Shown here: one piece after another, positions 18,246 through 27,127 of the stretch
Layout of the letters: every line of letters begins with the position of its first letter
Position numbering within the stretch: position 1 is the first letter of the stretch
Virus record (IMG/VR): IMGVR_UViG_3300045988_132725
DNA length: 64,000 bases
Reading direction: 5' to 3' (one strand)
Source of the DNA: a virus
The notes under the pieces: generated by a model
What the model was told of the DNA's origin: nothing
What the model saw: only the letters and a program-made list of their open reading frames with translations
Databases searched by the model: none
Made by a program: the position numbers and the translations under genes

Positions 18246-19288
18246 TATATCCAGTTTTGTAATTGAATGAATTGTTTGGGGTTGAACTTGCGTAGATAAT
18301 CCTTTAAGCTGGCCTTGGAAACAACTTGCTCTGGGTTGGCGGCTAACCAAGCCTCACGTTTGGCGATCTCCTCTTGCATCATTTGTTTTGCGGATAAAAT
18401 CTTTTGTTTCTCTCCCTCCTCATATTTCAATGCCTCCGTATTTCTCTCGAACACTGCGTTAATCGTGTAATTCTGGACATTTGAGAATCCTATGGCTTGT
18501 GGTAAATCATAGGATAGTATTAGGATGGTATTGACCTCAAACATATCGAGGTATGGGGATTGACATGTTACCACGTCCTTATGCTTCAATATCTTTATCA
18601 AGTCCATGACCTCTTTTGTCGGATATACGTCTTGGTAGGGACTGACTATCTTCCCGGTGATGGTGATATTATAGTCCCCTCCAGAGATATATTCCTTACG
18701 TGTGAGATCCCGACCTTGTACCTTGGTCAACAGGATATTCTTTTGCTCGGAGAGCTTGATAACCGCATGTCCATCGAAGAATTGATAATTTTCGCTTCCG
18801 TCCTTTATTTGAAGCTGTATGTAATGCCTGATAGGAGTTCCATCCAATCCTTTCTCTTGCAGTAAATTGACTGGGGTATTAGCTTCGACCAGTTTCTTGA
18901 TATTGCTATCCCTGTCAAATAGATTGTATCTGGTTTGAAGTTTGTAGTCTGGGGAACCGTTAACGATCTCATCAGCCATTCTTAATGCCGCTTGTTTTGT
19001 CCTCCAAGTAACAATACGCTCTATGATCCTTGCTTTTTTCTGAAGGTAGGCTTTTGGGTTTCTAGCTAGATCAATGATATTGATTCGAGGGATATAGGTA
19101 AGAACCGATGATGGGTCTTTGCCTTTATATAATTCCCCCAATACCCTTTTTATGGCATGATTCTCGTAGTCCTTGGGTTTAAGTGGGGGGAGTGTTTTTT
19201 TCGATAACTCGTTGGCTACGCTTGCGAATATCCTTGGTGTTGGATTTTCAGGTTTAATCGTAGATTCTATGATACTTAGTTTTTCCAT
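18245..19288 (-). CDS. Tail protein following the tape measure (Mu gp43 position)
   Basis: 347 aa, coupled to the tape-measure stop. Called by position only. Confidence 0.4.
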   Translation of the reverse strand: MEKLSIIESTIKPENPTPRIFASVANELSKKTLPPLKPKDYENHAIKRVLGELYKGKDPSSVLTYIPRINIIDLARNPKAYLQKKARIIERIVTWRTKQAALRMADEIVNGSPDYKLQTRYNLFDRDSNIKKLVEANTPVNLLQEKGLDGTPIRHYIQLQIKDGSENYQFFDGHAVIKLSEQKNILLTKVQGRDLTRKEYISGGDYNITITGKIVSPYQDVYPTKEVMDLIKILKHKDVVTCQSPYLDMFEVNTILILSYDLPQAIGFSNVQNYTINAVFERNTEALKYEEGEKQKILSAKQMMQEEIAKREAWLAANPEQVVSKASLKDYLRKFNPKQFIQLQNWI

Positions 19289-22182
19289 TAGCTGTATGAT
19301 ATTTCAAAATCCTTTACTGCGTCTATCATTACTTGCGTTACTTTTTCTTTGAAGGTCTCCATATCCTCTTCGTTGGTTGAGTTTACATTGATACTTCCAA
19401 TGAGGGATTGGATATTGATAGTGATTATCTTGGGTTGTGTTCCGGAAGTCTTGCCTACTCCGCTATAGGCGCTATTTCCACCATTACCATTACCTCCATT
19501 TTCTGCTCCACTTGCATCTCCTTCTATTCTTATATCTTTCGTGGAGCGAAGCTCGGACATGTCAAATAAATCCTTGATATCACCTAGCGCTGAGATCAAT
19601 GGATTCAAGAACCATGATTTTACCCCAGAGTTTCTAAGTGCGGTCATTGCGGATTTGGACGTGTTCGTTGCTGCTTCCTTGTCGTTATATACGATATCGC
19701 CAGATGGCGCTATTATATGATACCCTAGCGATTTTTGGCTTAGATCGTAACCCGTGAAATTCTTGATGAAGTCAATGGCCTCGTTGCTGCTTACAGGTAA
19801 CCCACTTGCTATCTTTAGCTGAAGGTCCATGATCTCTTTTAATGAGCCAAGCCCTATATCGATGGATTTATTTACGGCCTCCGTGAATTGCTTTGTCTTG
19901 CTTTCCGTATCTGCGTTAAGTTGGTTGACGCTGTCTAATATAGTTACTCCCCTTGACCTTTCCTCATCGGTGAGATTGATATATGGACCGAAATTGTATT
20001 TGTAGGATTTCTTCTGGTTTTCCATGTCATCGATAAGATCAATATAAACCGACTTGATCTTGTCTTTCCCTAAATCCTCCATTCCAATGGATGCCATGAG
20101 ATATTGGTTGGCTATTTTCGATCCTTCCAAGTCTCCCCGTTCGGACATAGCTCTTATGTATTGCGGATAGACGCTACTTTCCCCATTGAACATCATGTTC
20201 TTTGTTCCAAGATCATATCCTAGAAAATCATAGTATTTTGTTCCAGAAAGGGCTTTCTTTGCGTTATTGTTTCCATTATCGGAGCTGTCATCGTCCTTAT
20301 CCTTGAATACGGGCAGCAGATTTTCATATTCTTTCTTTATTGACTCGCTTACCGCTTGCGTTGTCTTCCCTGCCCCATATACACCTATTCCCAAAGAGGC
20401 TAAAGCGGTAACGGCTGCGGTTACTATTGCTGGTATTCCTCCTATGGCCGCTAGCAATCCTCCTCCAATAGCAGATCCAACCCCACCGGCTCCTCCTATG
20501 GCGGTTGTCAATGCGCTAGCCCCTCTAGCGGTATTAAAAAGACCTTTTGCCATAGGAGTTATGGCCGCTACGATTTTTGATATCTTCTTGAATAGTACCC
20601 CTCCAATTACAAGATATTCTAACCAATTCCAATTTTCGGATACCCATGTAGATACTCCAACCAATGCTTTTGTTAATGCGACCAATCCTGTGGCTACATC
20701 TTTGAACATCTGAGCTGTTCCCGGTTGCTTCAATAATAAGACCAGATCGTCCAGTCCTTCCTTGATGACAGGGTTATAAGCCTCGAACACGGTCATACCT
20801 GTTTCCGTGAACTGAGACGTGACCTTGTCCCATTTCCCCTTGATGGTATCTTGTTTTTTGGAAGCTATGTTATCAGCCAGACCTCCGGAGTAGATTGAAT
20901 TTTGTATTAATTCCGGAAGTTTCATCAACTCGGCGAATACGTTGTTAGCAGCGTTTCCACCGATTTTATCAAATAGTTTGGTCAGGTCTTGTACGCTGGC
21001 ATCGTTAGACTTGAGCTGGGAGAATATGTCAAATAACGATCTTAATTTGGTCTTTCCTGTTGCCTTGTCTAGCTCATATAGCTGGATGTTGTATTTTTTC
21101 AAGACCTCAGTTCCCTTTTTTGTAGGATTCAATAATCTTGTCATCATCGCTCGTAAGGCTGTACCCGCAACCGTACCTTTCAATCCGGCGTTTCCTAGCG
21201 CCCCGATAGCGGCAGTCGCTTCATTGAAAGAGATCTTGGCCATACTCATCATGGGAGCTGCGAATTTCATGGCTTCACCCATTTCCAATACATTGGTATT
21301 TGTGCTGGTGGTAACGCTCGTAAGGATGTCCGCTATCTGTGGCATTTTGGAGCTATCCAACCCATAAGCGGTCTGGATGTTCGTTACTATATCTGCCATC
21401 CTATCAAGTGGAGCGTCACCAATGATAGCGAGATTGGCGATAGGTTTTATGGAATTATTGATATCCTCGATATTTAAGCCTGCCATACCTAGGTATTTGG
21501 CTGCTCCCGCAACCTCGGTCGTAGTGAACTTTGTATCGACACCAACCTTACGGATATTCTTTGACATATCAGAGAATCGCTGATCGAACGTGGTGATGTC
21601 CTTGTCCGTGGCTTTAAGGATACTCTGCACCGTTGTCATGATATTCTCATATTCAGCTGCATCCTTTACAATACTCATGGTTCCCATACCGATAGCGGCG
21701 GCACCAATCATGTTCGGGAAAGGGAATCCTGCTGCGTACATGACATCCGCAGCCCCAAATAACCCTTTCGCCCCGCTGCCAAAGCCACGTGCAGCTCTGT
21801 TGTTGCCATTTTTAGGGACATAGTTTCTATTTTTCCTACCCGGAATAGAGGTTGTTGATCCGGTCGTGGTATTGGTCGTTTGGTTAACCTTGGTATTGAT
21901 AGTGACCGTTTTTCCCTTGATCGTGTTGATGTGAGATTGAAGGTCTTTTAACTCTTTCTTTATGCCATTATCAATACTGAATTTAATCTTCTTAGGTCTT
22001 GTGCCAGTGATTCTATTGAGACTTACAAAAGCAGCGTTGACTTTTCCAATCTCTTTTCTCAATGTTTCTAGGGAGGTTATGATGGGAGGGATAGTCCTTT
22101 GAATCGTGCTTTGAAAATCACTGATATTTTTAGAAGCTTGCGCCCCGTTGATGTCTATATTGTACCTGACGTTGTAATCCAT
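19288..22182 (-). CDS. Tail tape measure protein
   Basis: 964 aa. Core block GEAMKFAAPMMSMAKISFNEATAAIGALGNAGLKGTVAGTALRAMMTRL is typical of tape-measure proteins. A Gly/Ala-rich hydrophobic segment is also present. Confidence 0.9.
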   Translation of the reverse strand: MDYNVRYNIDINGAQASKNISDFQSTIQRTIPPIITSLETLRKEIGKVNAAFVSLNRITGTRPKKIKFSIDNGIKKELKDLQSHINTIKGKTVTINTKVNQTTNTTTGSTTSIPGRKNRNYVPKNGNNRAARGFGSGAKGLFGAADVMYAAGFPFPNMIGAAAIGMGTMSIVKDAAEYENIMTTVQSILKATDKDITTFDQRFSDMSKNIRKVGVDTKFTTTEVAGAAKYLGMAGLNIEDINNSIKPIANLAIIGDAPLDRMADIVTNIQTAYGLDSSKMPQIADILTSVTTSTNTNVLEMGEAMKFAAPMMSMAKISFNEATAAIGALGNAGLKGTVAGTALRAMMTRLLNPTKKGTEVLKKYNIQLYELDKATGKTKLRSLFDIFSQLKSNDASVQDLTKLFDKIGGNAANNVFAELMKLPELIQNSIYSGGLADNIASKKQDTIKGKWDKVTSQFTETGMTVFEAYNPVIKEGLDDLVLLLKQPGTAQMFKDVATGLVALTKALVGVSTWVSENWNWLEYLVIGGVLFKKISKIVAAITPMAKGLFNTARGASALTTAIGGAGGVGSAIGGGLLAAIGGIPAIVTAAVTALASLGIGVYGAGKTTQAVSESIKKEYENLLPVFKDKDDDSSDNGNNNAKKALSGTKYYDFLGYDLGTKNMMFNGESSVYPQYIRAMSERGDLEGSKIANQYLMASIGMEDLGKDKIKSVYIDLIDDMENQKKSYKYNFGPYINLTDEERSRGVTILDSVNQLNADTESKTKQFTEAVNKSIDIGLGSLKEIMDLQLKIASGLPVSSNEAIDFIKNFTGYDLSQKSLGYHIIAPSGDIVYNDKEAATNTSKSAMTALRNSGVKSWFLNPLISALGDIKDLFDMSELRSTKDIRIEGDASGAENGGNGNGGNSAYSGVGKTSGTQPKIITINIQSLIGSINVNSTNEEDMETFKEKVTQVMIDAVKDFEISYS

Positions 22183-22205
22183 GTTATAGGCTTTGGTTAT
22201 TGTTT

Positions 22206-22222
22206 GCTTAATAAAGAATAGC
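22206..22222 (-). promoter_or_regulatory. Structural-gene box (minus sense GCTATTCTTTATTAAGC)
   Basis: About 30 nt upstream of the tape-measure ATG and directly after a terminator. Confidence 0.4.
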
Positions 22223-22242
22223 TTGAAGCGTAAAGACTTGAT

Positions 22243-22281
22243 TAAAAAAGAAAACCCCCACCGACATCACGTCGATAGGGG
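22243..22281 (-). terminator. Strong intrinsic terminator between chaperone and tape measure
   Basis: Minus sense CCCCTATCGAC gtgat GTCGGTGGGGG followed by TTTTCTTTTTT. Confidence 0.7.
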
Positions 22282-22305
22282 CCTAGAGAGGAATATATAA
22301 AGTAG

Positions 22306-22853
22306 TTAAGAAAAAAGCCTAACTGATGATGTGGCTATGACTTGGTTATGTAACCACAAAGCATCGTTGGCGATCAATGCGAAATCTTCGTCTGATATCG
22401 TGGATAGATCTACGCTGGGAAAGTAATGACGGACGAGGGCTATATATTGTCTTAGCCACTCATCACCCCTTACTTGCCAGCGATCGAGAAATTTGCGACC
22501 TTGGCTTGGCGAGAGCCAATGATATTAACCAGTTTTGCGGACAAGCCATATAAGAACAATGAATCATCGTCCACTAGTTCCTTATCTCCTTGGATAAACG
22601 TGTCACGTGCCAATGATCGGACGGCTGCGATCTCATCCTTCTTCTGTAATTGTGCGAACTTACTGAACGCAACGAAATCCGGTTCTCTGAAATAAGCGAT
22701 ATACACTTCCTTGTCATCGTACTCGTCACCAAATACTACGATAGGATAGACTCTTTTGTTTTTCTTGGGGTCTTGTTTTCTGATTTCCTCTAAGGTTTTC
22801 TTGATAGTTTCTTCTTGTGCTAATGTAAGCTCTTTGCTTTCTTCCATTTCCAT
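22306..22853 (-). CDS. Tail assembly chaperone, -1 frameshift (G-T type) product
   Basis: The -1 frame is open from 22515 down to the TAA at 22306-22308 and has no start codon. It encodes KFLDRWQVRGDEWLRQYIALVRHYFPSVDLSTISDEDFALIANDALWLHNQVIATSSVRLFS. Confidence 0.6.
22470..22853 (-). CDS. Tail assembly chaperone (zero-frame product)
   Basis: 127 aa, acidic, located between the tube and the tape measure. Confidence 0.65.
   Translation of the reverse strand: MEMEESKELTLAQEETIKKTLEEIRKQDPKKNKRVYPIVVFGDEYDDKEVYIAYFREPDFVAFSKFAQLQKKDEIAAVRSLARDTFIQGDKELVDDDSLFLYGLSAKLVNIIGSRQAKVANFSIAGK
22488..22494 (-). other. Slippery heptamer A_AAT_TTC for -1 programmed frameshift
   Basis: Minus-strand AAATTTC in X_XXY_YYZ phase (codons GCA AAT TTC = A N F), 8 codons before the zero-frame stop. 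Confidence 0.55.
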
Positions 22854-22873
22854 AATATATACTTTGTTTGGTT

Positions 22874-22892
22874 GTTTATGAAAGAATAGAGG
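22874..22892 (-). promoter_or_regulatory. Structural-gene box (minus sense CCTCTATTCTTTCATAAAC)
   Basis: About 30 nt upstream of the chaperone ATG. An upstream CAAAC element lies about 20 nt further 5'. Confidence 0.4.
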
Positions 22893-22918
22893 GGATTTTA
22901 GAAAAAAGTTTGATTAAA

Positions 22919-22965
22919 ATATATCTCTTGACTAGTCATGCTGTATTCCTAATCAAGAGATATAT
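22919..22965 (-). terminator. 13-bp perfect hairpin closing the glycosyltransferase cassette
   Basis: ATATATCTCTTGA (22919-22931) pairs with TCAAGAGATATAT (22953-22965). TTTAAT follows on the minus strand. Confidence 0.55.
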
Positions 22966-22970
22966 GTAGG

Positions 22971-23426
22971 TTATTTTATTTCCTTAGATATACTTAAACG
23001 ATATTGAAATTCATCTACCAATCTTTTAATGGCTTGCTCCATAGGATCTTCTATATCTAAAATATCTTTCTCGTAAATGATTTTATCAGAGATATCAGAT
23101 AACATCCAAGTTCCATATGGTGCTACACATGCTGAATGGGAGAAATAGCCCGTTAACATTGTGTTATCAATAAGAACAAATGGATGGAATAAAATGGTAT
23201 TACATTCAAATAGCTTGAATCTGTTTTGATCTTCAGCTTTTAAAGAATTTTTTATTGACTTAAACGCTTTGATATTAGTTCGTAATTCTATAAGTAAATC
23301 TTCTTCACTATATTCCCCTTTACGAAGAATACCCGCATAACCATTAAAATGATCATTATGAAACTTTACTAATTCTTCAGTAGGAAAAATTACATTAACT
23401 TCTGACTTGTCGTTCTTTTGAATCAT
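22971..23426 (-). CDS. Hypothetical protein, partner of the glycosyltransferase
   Basis: 151 aa, A+T-rich, overlaps the upstream gene by 32 nt. No confident domain. Confidence 0.5.
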   Translation of the reverse strand: MIQKNDKSEVNVIFPTEELVKFHNDHFNGYAGILRKGEYSEEDLLIELRTNIKAFKSIKNSLKAEDQNRFKLFECNTILFHPFVLIDNTMLTGYFSHSACVAPYGTWMLSDISDKIIYEKDILDIEDPMEQAIKRLVDEFQYRLSISKEIK

Positions 23427-24822
23427 TCTCTTGCAAGTAATCTCCTGTTTTAGAATAATAAGGATAGATTATTGCGTCTAACCATATCCGTTTACAAGCT
23501 TTTTTCAATAAATGTGTTGAACCATAGTTCTCATGCGGTGTAACTACTTTTATCATATATCTAGAATTTAAAGGTTTTACAATTTCTTTTTCTCCAATAT
23601 CACAGAGGAAACTTATGCAGATTTTTTTCCAGCTATATTTTTTTGTTAGCATTTTTTTTAGGGATGTAGCATATTCTTTCCATTTTGATTGTTGATTATT
23701 GATAGTTTTAATGGCTTCACTGACATTTTCCAAGTCTTGTTGCGAAAATATTGTTTTTCCATCTCCTTTTATTTCTATTGGGTATACATATTTAGCGGCT
23801 TGGTTGGCAAAACTATCATCTAAAAATTCATATAAACCAGAATTTTTGGAAACAACCAAAGGAATACCAGCAGCAATAGCTTCCCAGCCAGCTAAACCAA
23901 AACCTTCATGGATAGAAAGCATAAGTGCGACAGTACTTCGTTTTAGCAAAGTAAAAATTTCTTCTCGATCCTCCTTATATGGGACTATATTATACAACGA
24001 TTGACCTTCTCCAAGATTAAAAATGTTTAATTGACTTGAAATATGATTTTTAATATCTTGAATCTTTGATTTATCAAGATCTTTTTCTAATCCTACTAGT
24101 TCTACTTTAGAGTCGTGATAGAAAGCTCCTTCTCCACATTCTAGAATAGCTTTCTTTAAAGCGCAAACCGTTAGGCTAAATAATTTAATATAGTCTGTGT
24201 TATATTCTAGTCTGCCTGTACATACCCCTATAAATTTATTAGGTAATTTTTGATTGCTTTTAATTTCAGGCAATCCCGGTATGAACATCTTACATTTGCT
24301 TTTCTGTTCATCATCTACAAGATCCATTGCTGATTTATACAATTTAGGACCTACACCAAAAATAATATCGGCATTACTAAATATTATTTCTTGCCTTGAT
24401 TTTTTATAAGATGATTTGTAAGGGTCAAAATTAATTTTAAACGGTTCATAGCTTTCATATGACATATGATGGAAAGCTATGAATTTACTGTTATACTCTG
24501 ATTGAAACTTACATTCATAGGCAATTTTTCCTGAAATTACATCATGCCCAATAAAGTAGTTCTTAGCATCTTCTCCATTAATAGATTTTAGAATGAATGG
24601 AACAAAGGCATCACTAAACTCTTGTGACTTTAGGTTTATAATTTTAATACCTTTGCCTTCTGCGTCTTCTAATCCTGCTTTGTCTATATTTAATACTACA
24701 CAATAAAGAGATAGATCTTCCAAATCCAATTTTGCTAGCGAACACAGTAAATCATAATTGAAAGAATTTATGCCTCCTTTTTGAGTACCCCATGAGTCTG
24801 TCAAAGAAATAATGTTAACCAT
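23395..24822 (-). CDS. GT-B fold glycosyltransferase (GT4-like) with about 70-aa C-terminal extension
   Basis: SLTDSWGTQKGGINSFNYDL (N-terminal GT4 pattern) and STVALMLSIHEGFGLAGWEAIAAGIPLVVSKNSG (the E-x-FG...EA.A.G.P motif). Start trimmed to the ATG at 24820-24822 because a -7 box lies at 24845-24852. Confidence 0.7.
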   Translation of the reverse strand: MVNIISLTDSWGTQKGGINSFNYDLLCSLAKLDLEDLSLYCVVLNIDKAGLEDAEGKGIKIINLKSQEFSDAFVPFILKSINGEDAKNYFIGHDVISGKIAYECKFQSEYNSKFIAFHHMSYESYEPFKINFDPYKSSYKKSRQEIIFSNADIIFGVGPKLYKSAMDLVDDEQKSKCKMFIPGLPEIKSNQKLPNKFIGVCTGRLEYNTDYIKLFSLTVCALKKAILECGEGAFYHDSKVELVGLEKDLDKSKIQDIKNHISSQLNIFNLGEGQSLYNIVPYKEDREEIFTLLKRSTVALMLSIHEGFGLAGWEAIAAGIPLVVSKNSGLYEFLDDSFANQAAKYVYPIEIKGDGKTIFSQQDLENVSEAIKTINNQQSKWKEYATSLKKMLTKKYSWKKICISFLCDIGEKEIVKPLNSRYMIKVVTPHENYGSTHLLKKACKRIWLDAIIYPYYSKTGDYLQENDSKERQVRS

Positions 24823-24844
24823 GATACTTAGATTTAAGAATAAA

Positions 24845-24852
24845 CAAATATA
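24845..24852 (-). promoter_or_regulatory. Host-type -7 box TATATTTG (TAnnTTTG)
   Basis: Plus-strand caaatata. About 23 nt upstream of the glycosyltransferase ATG. Confidence 0.5.
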
Positions 24853-24961
24853 GTGAATAGATGATAGATTATCCATGAATTTTCATTTATTCGACATGGT
24901 TATGTTTTATAACATGGAAATTTGTTTTGTTTATAGATTTGTAGTCTATCAGAGGGTTATA

Positions 24962-24998
24962 AATAAAAAAAGGGGAAACAAAGTATATCTGTTTCCCC
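24962..24998 (-). terminator. Intrinsic terminator after the tail tube gene
   Basis: Stem GGGGAAACA / TGTTTCCCC (24972-24980 / 24990-24998), with an 8-nt U-run on the minus strand. Confidence 0.7.
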
Positions 24999-25015
24999 TT
25001 AATCTACTATTATAA

Positions 25016-25462
25016 TTATGTCCTAGGATCGATTCCTCCCGGATTAAGATCGAATTCCTTAGAAAGATCCGTGTCATCTTGTTTTGCTTCCATACCATCC
25101 TCAGAGAAGATACACTTCTGTAAGGTGGTTGTCACTGTTCGTCCGTCATCTGGATGTGCGAAATGAACGATCAAATCAAACTCTCCAAGTCCCATCAACG
25201 TACCATCCGGAGAAGCTTCTTGGAACATTACCTGCGTGGCGTAATCAAGCTCGATGGAGGCTGTGTATGTCCAATTGCCGTAACCTCGTGAGATTGGTTG
25301 GGAACCGATACCATAGTTGCTTTCTACTTTTCTTTTCCTTTCCCATTTTACGGCCTTGATTCCATAGATCGCCTCGGACGATGAGGCGAACCCGAAATTG
25401 ACCTCGATCATGGACCAATCATAAGCACGGCCATTAATAAGTGTCGTAGTACTATCTGCCAT
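25016..25462 (-). CDS. Tail tube protein
   Basis: 148 aa, immediately downstream of the sheath-sized gene. Size and position fit contractile tail tubes. Confidence 0.55.
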   Translation of the reverse strand: MADSTTTLINGRAYDWSMIEVNFGFASSSEAIYGIKAVKWERKRKVESNYGIGSQPISRGYGNWTYTASIELDYATQVMFQEASPDGTLMGLGEFDLIVHFAHPDDGRTVTTTLQKCIFSEDGMEAKQDDTDLSKEFDLNPGGIDPRT

Positions 25463-25473
25463 ATGTGTTGTTT

Positions 25474-26757
25474 TTAAGCGTTAGTTAAAGCGAATCCTTC
25501 CTCTACGATGATCTTTGATGTCACGCCTACTGGAACGATTGCGTATGTTATCTTTAATGTATCGGTCAATAGAATGTTTTGGTTTGAAGAGACCAATACG
25601 CTATATCCGGAGATCTCGCTATTACCTTCCATCGTGCTTAGGATGTTCTTGACAACATTTTGGTATTTCTTGATCTCGATCTCAGCCAGATATCCGGTTT
25701 TAGGATTAACCAGTACAGGTGAGTTCAAATAGGGAAGGAGGGCGTTTCTAATCGCACGCCTTGATTTATCGATGGCTCTGTTTCTGGCGATGGTCCTATA
25801 ATCACCATTGGAGCAAGTCCTGTCTTTTGAGAAATAAGTACCATTTGCTCTTCCTGCGTATTTGATAGGGAAGACATATCCTTTTTCCTCAATCTCGTCA
25901 ATTTGTGCTGGAGCCAATGCCTCGAATTGCAACATGCTGACAAAATCCTCTCCAGTGTCGTTAAGTTCTATATTACCGAACCCGAACTCGATCTCGCTCA
26001 TATGTTTGGAAGTCAGGTTGAATTGGTTTACCCAAGCGATAGACTCACACACCTTTGCTTCCGCTACACAACCCAAGGCCACGCCTACGCAACCGATAGA
26101 AGAGTGCTTTGGGTTCTCGATTTGCATTTGTCTTAATAGCTCGGATTTACCTTGCCCTAACAATGCTGTCACACGTGGAAAATCTCCTATGCAAGATGGG
26201 ATCTTTACCAAATCAATGGTCTTGATAGATCCCGTGGAATCTGCGGATGTGGAGTTAGCTGTTAATAATACTGATAACGGACGGTGCTCGTTAGCTAGCT
26301 CTTCGGCGATCGTATTGATATCGGCCACTAGATTTAGCGAATAATCATCTTCTGAGCTGGATGCTACAGACCAAATGTTTTGTGATGTCCAGATTCCTAG
26401 CTGCTTAATATCTCCTTTAGCTACAGACTGGATGGTCTTGATTGCGTTCCAGTTCTTTGAGCAATCGGCGAACATTACATATAATGACCCATCCGGTTTC
26501 ATGCGGAAAAACTCTGAGATATGAAAATAAGGGATACCATAGAGAAAGTTTGATTTATCTTTTTCAAATTCAGTAATACCTAATGTCACAGCCTCGTTAA
26601 CGGAGAACAACTGGATAACGTCCCCGATTTTTACGTTAGAGGGCATCTGCGTATCGGTTGGGATGTCAAAGATCAATCCGCTGATATGATCGTTACCAAC
26701 AGAGGTTGGTGTGAGATTGCCGTCTTTTCTGATGAAAGATACTGTTCCTATTGCCAT
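25474..26757 (-). CDS. Tail sheath protein
   Basis: 427 aa, located between the head genes and the tube gene. Called by size and position. Confidence 0.55.
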   Translation of the reverse strand: MAIGTVSFIRKDGNLTPTSVGNDHISGLIFDIPTDTQMPSNVKIGDVIQLFSVNEAVTLGITEFEKDKSNFLYGIPYFHISEFFRMKPDGSLYVMFADCSKNWNAIKTIQSVAKGDIKQLGIWTSQNIWSVASSSEDDYSLNLVADINTIAEELANEHRPLSVLLTANSTSADSTGSIKTIDLVKIPSCIGDFPRVTALLGQGKSELLRQMQIENPKHSSIGCVGVALGCVAEAKVCESIAWVNQFNLTSKHMSEIEFGFGNIELNDTGEDFVSMLQFEALAPAQIDEIEEKGYVFPIKYAGRANGTYFSKDRTCSNGDYRTIARNRAIDKSRRAIRNALLPYLNSPVLVNPKTGYLAEIEIKKYQNVVKNILSTMEGNSEISGYSVLVSSNQNILLTDTLKITYAIVPVGVTSKIIVEEGFALTNA

Positions 26758-26760
26758 GTT

Positions 26761-27054
26761 TTATTTTTTATGATAGGGATTTTGATATAAATGAGCGTTC
26801 GGGTACTGGATCGTATAAGCTCCACCCTTATTATCAATATAAAGTTCCTCGTATCCAGTGTACATTTTCAATATCTTGTTGATATTATCTGGAATGATCT
26901 GGGGAGTTGGTTCTTGAAGGGTCTTTAGGGGAGCGCTCTCTTCCATGCCTTCAATCTTATCGCCAGTCAGTTCAATGATTGGCGCTTCTTCTGTAATTGT
27001 GGTTTGCAGAGACTTTTCGGTAATCTCTTCCGCTTCTTTCTTGATTCTTGCCAT
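26761..27054 (-). CDS. Hypothetical head-associated protein
   Basis: 97-aa ORF between capsid and sheath. Confidence 0.45.
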   Translation of the reverse strand: MARIKKEAEEITEKSLQTTITEEAPIIELTGDKIEGMEESAPLKTLQEPTPQIIPDNINKILKMYTGYEELYIDNKGGAYTIQYPNAHLYQNPYHKK

Positions 27055-27127
27055 TTTAATATTATGTATATAAAAAAAGGAGCGAGACTTGGCCTCGCCC
27101 CTTATCGGTTTTGGTTATTGTTTGGTC

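Noticed and set aside
16992-18350. N-terminal extensions of several track ORFs: 16992-18350, 23395-24876, 48340-49008, 56344-56634, 58285-58620, 59259-59909 and 63147-63968.
   Set aside because: Internal ATGs give coupled start/stop overlaps with upstream genes. Otherwise the extensions would run through promoters, operators or terminators, and they are hydrophobic or odd in composition. These ORFs are trimmed in the feature list.
20267-20713. Long antisense ORFs inside large genes. Examples: 148 aa at 20267-20713 and 141 aa at 20942-21367 in the tape measure; 178 aa at 28546-29082 in the protease-scaffold; 160 aa at 25862-26344 in the sheath; 111 aa at 32373-32708 opposite the Gly-rich gene.
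   Set aside because: They lie entirely within, and opposite to, ORFs with clear protein signatures. Their composition is repetitive (Pro/Ala/Ser/Leu/Phe-rich), as expected for shadow frames.
22971-23426. Idea that the glycosyltransferase C-terminal tail plus the 151-aa ORF, and the 186-aa protein at 51379-51939, belong to one PLD-like family (FHPFVLIDN versus FHFSIGDD).
   Set aside because: The resemblance rests on a few residues with different spacing and on no lysine in either. That is too weak to assert without profile or structure comparison.
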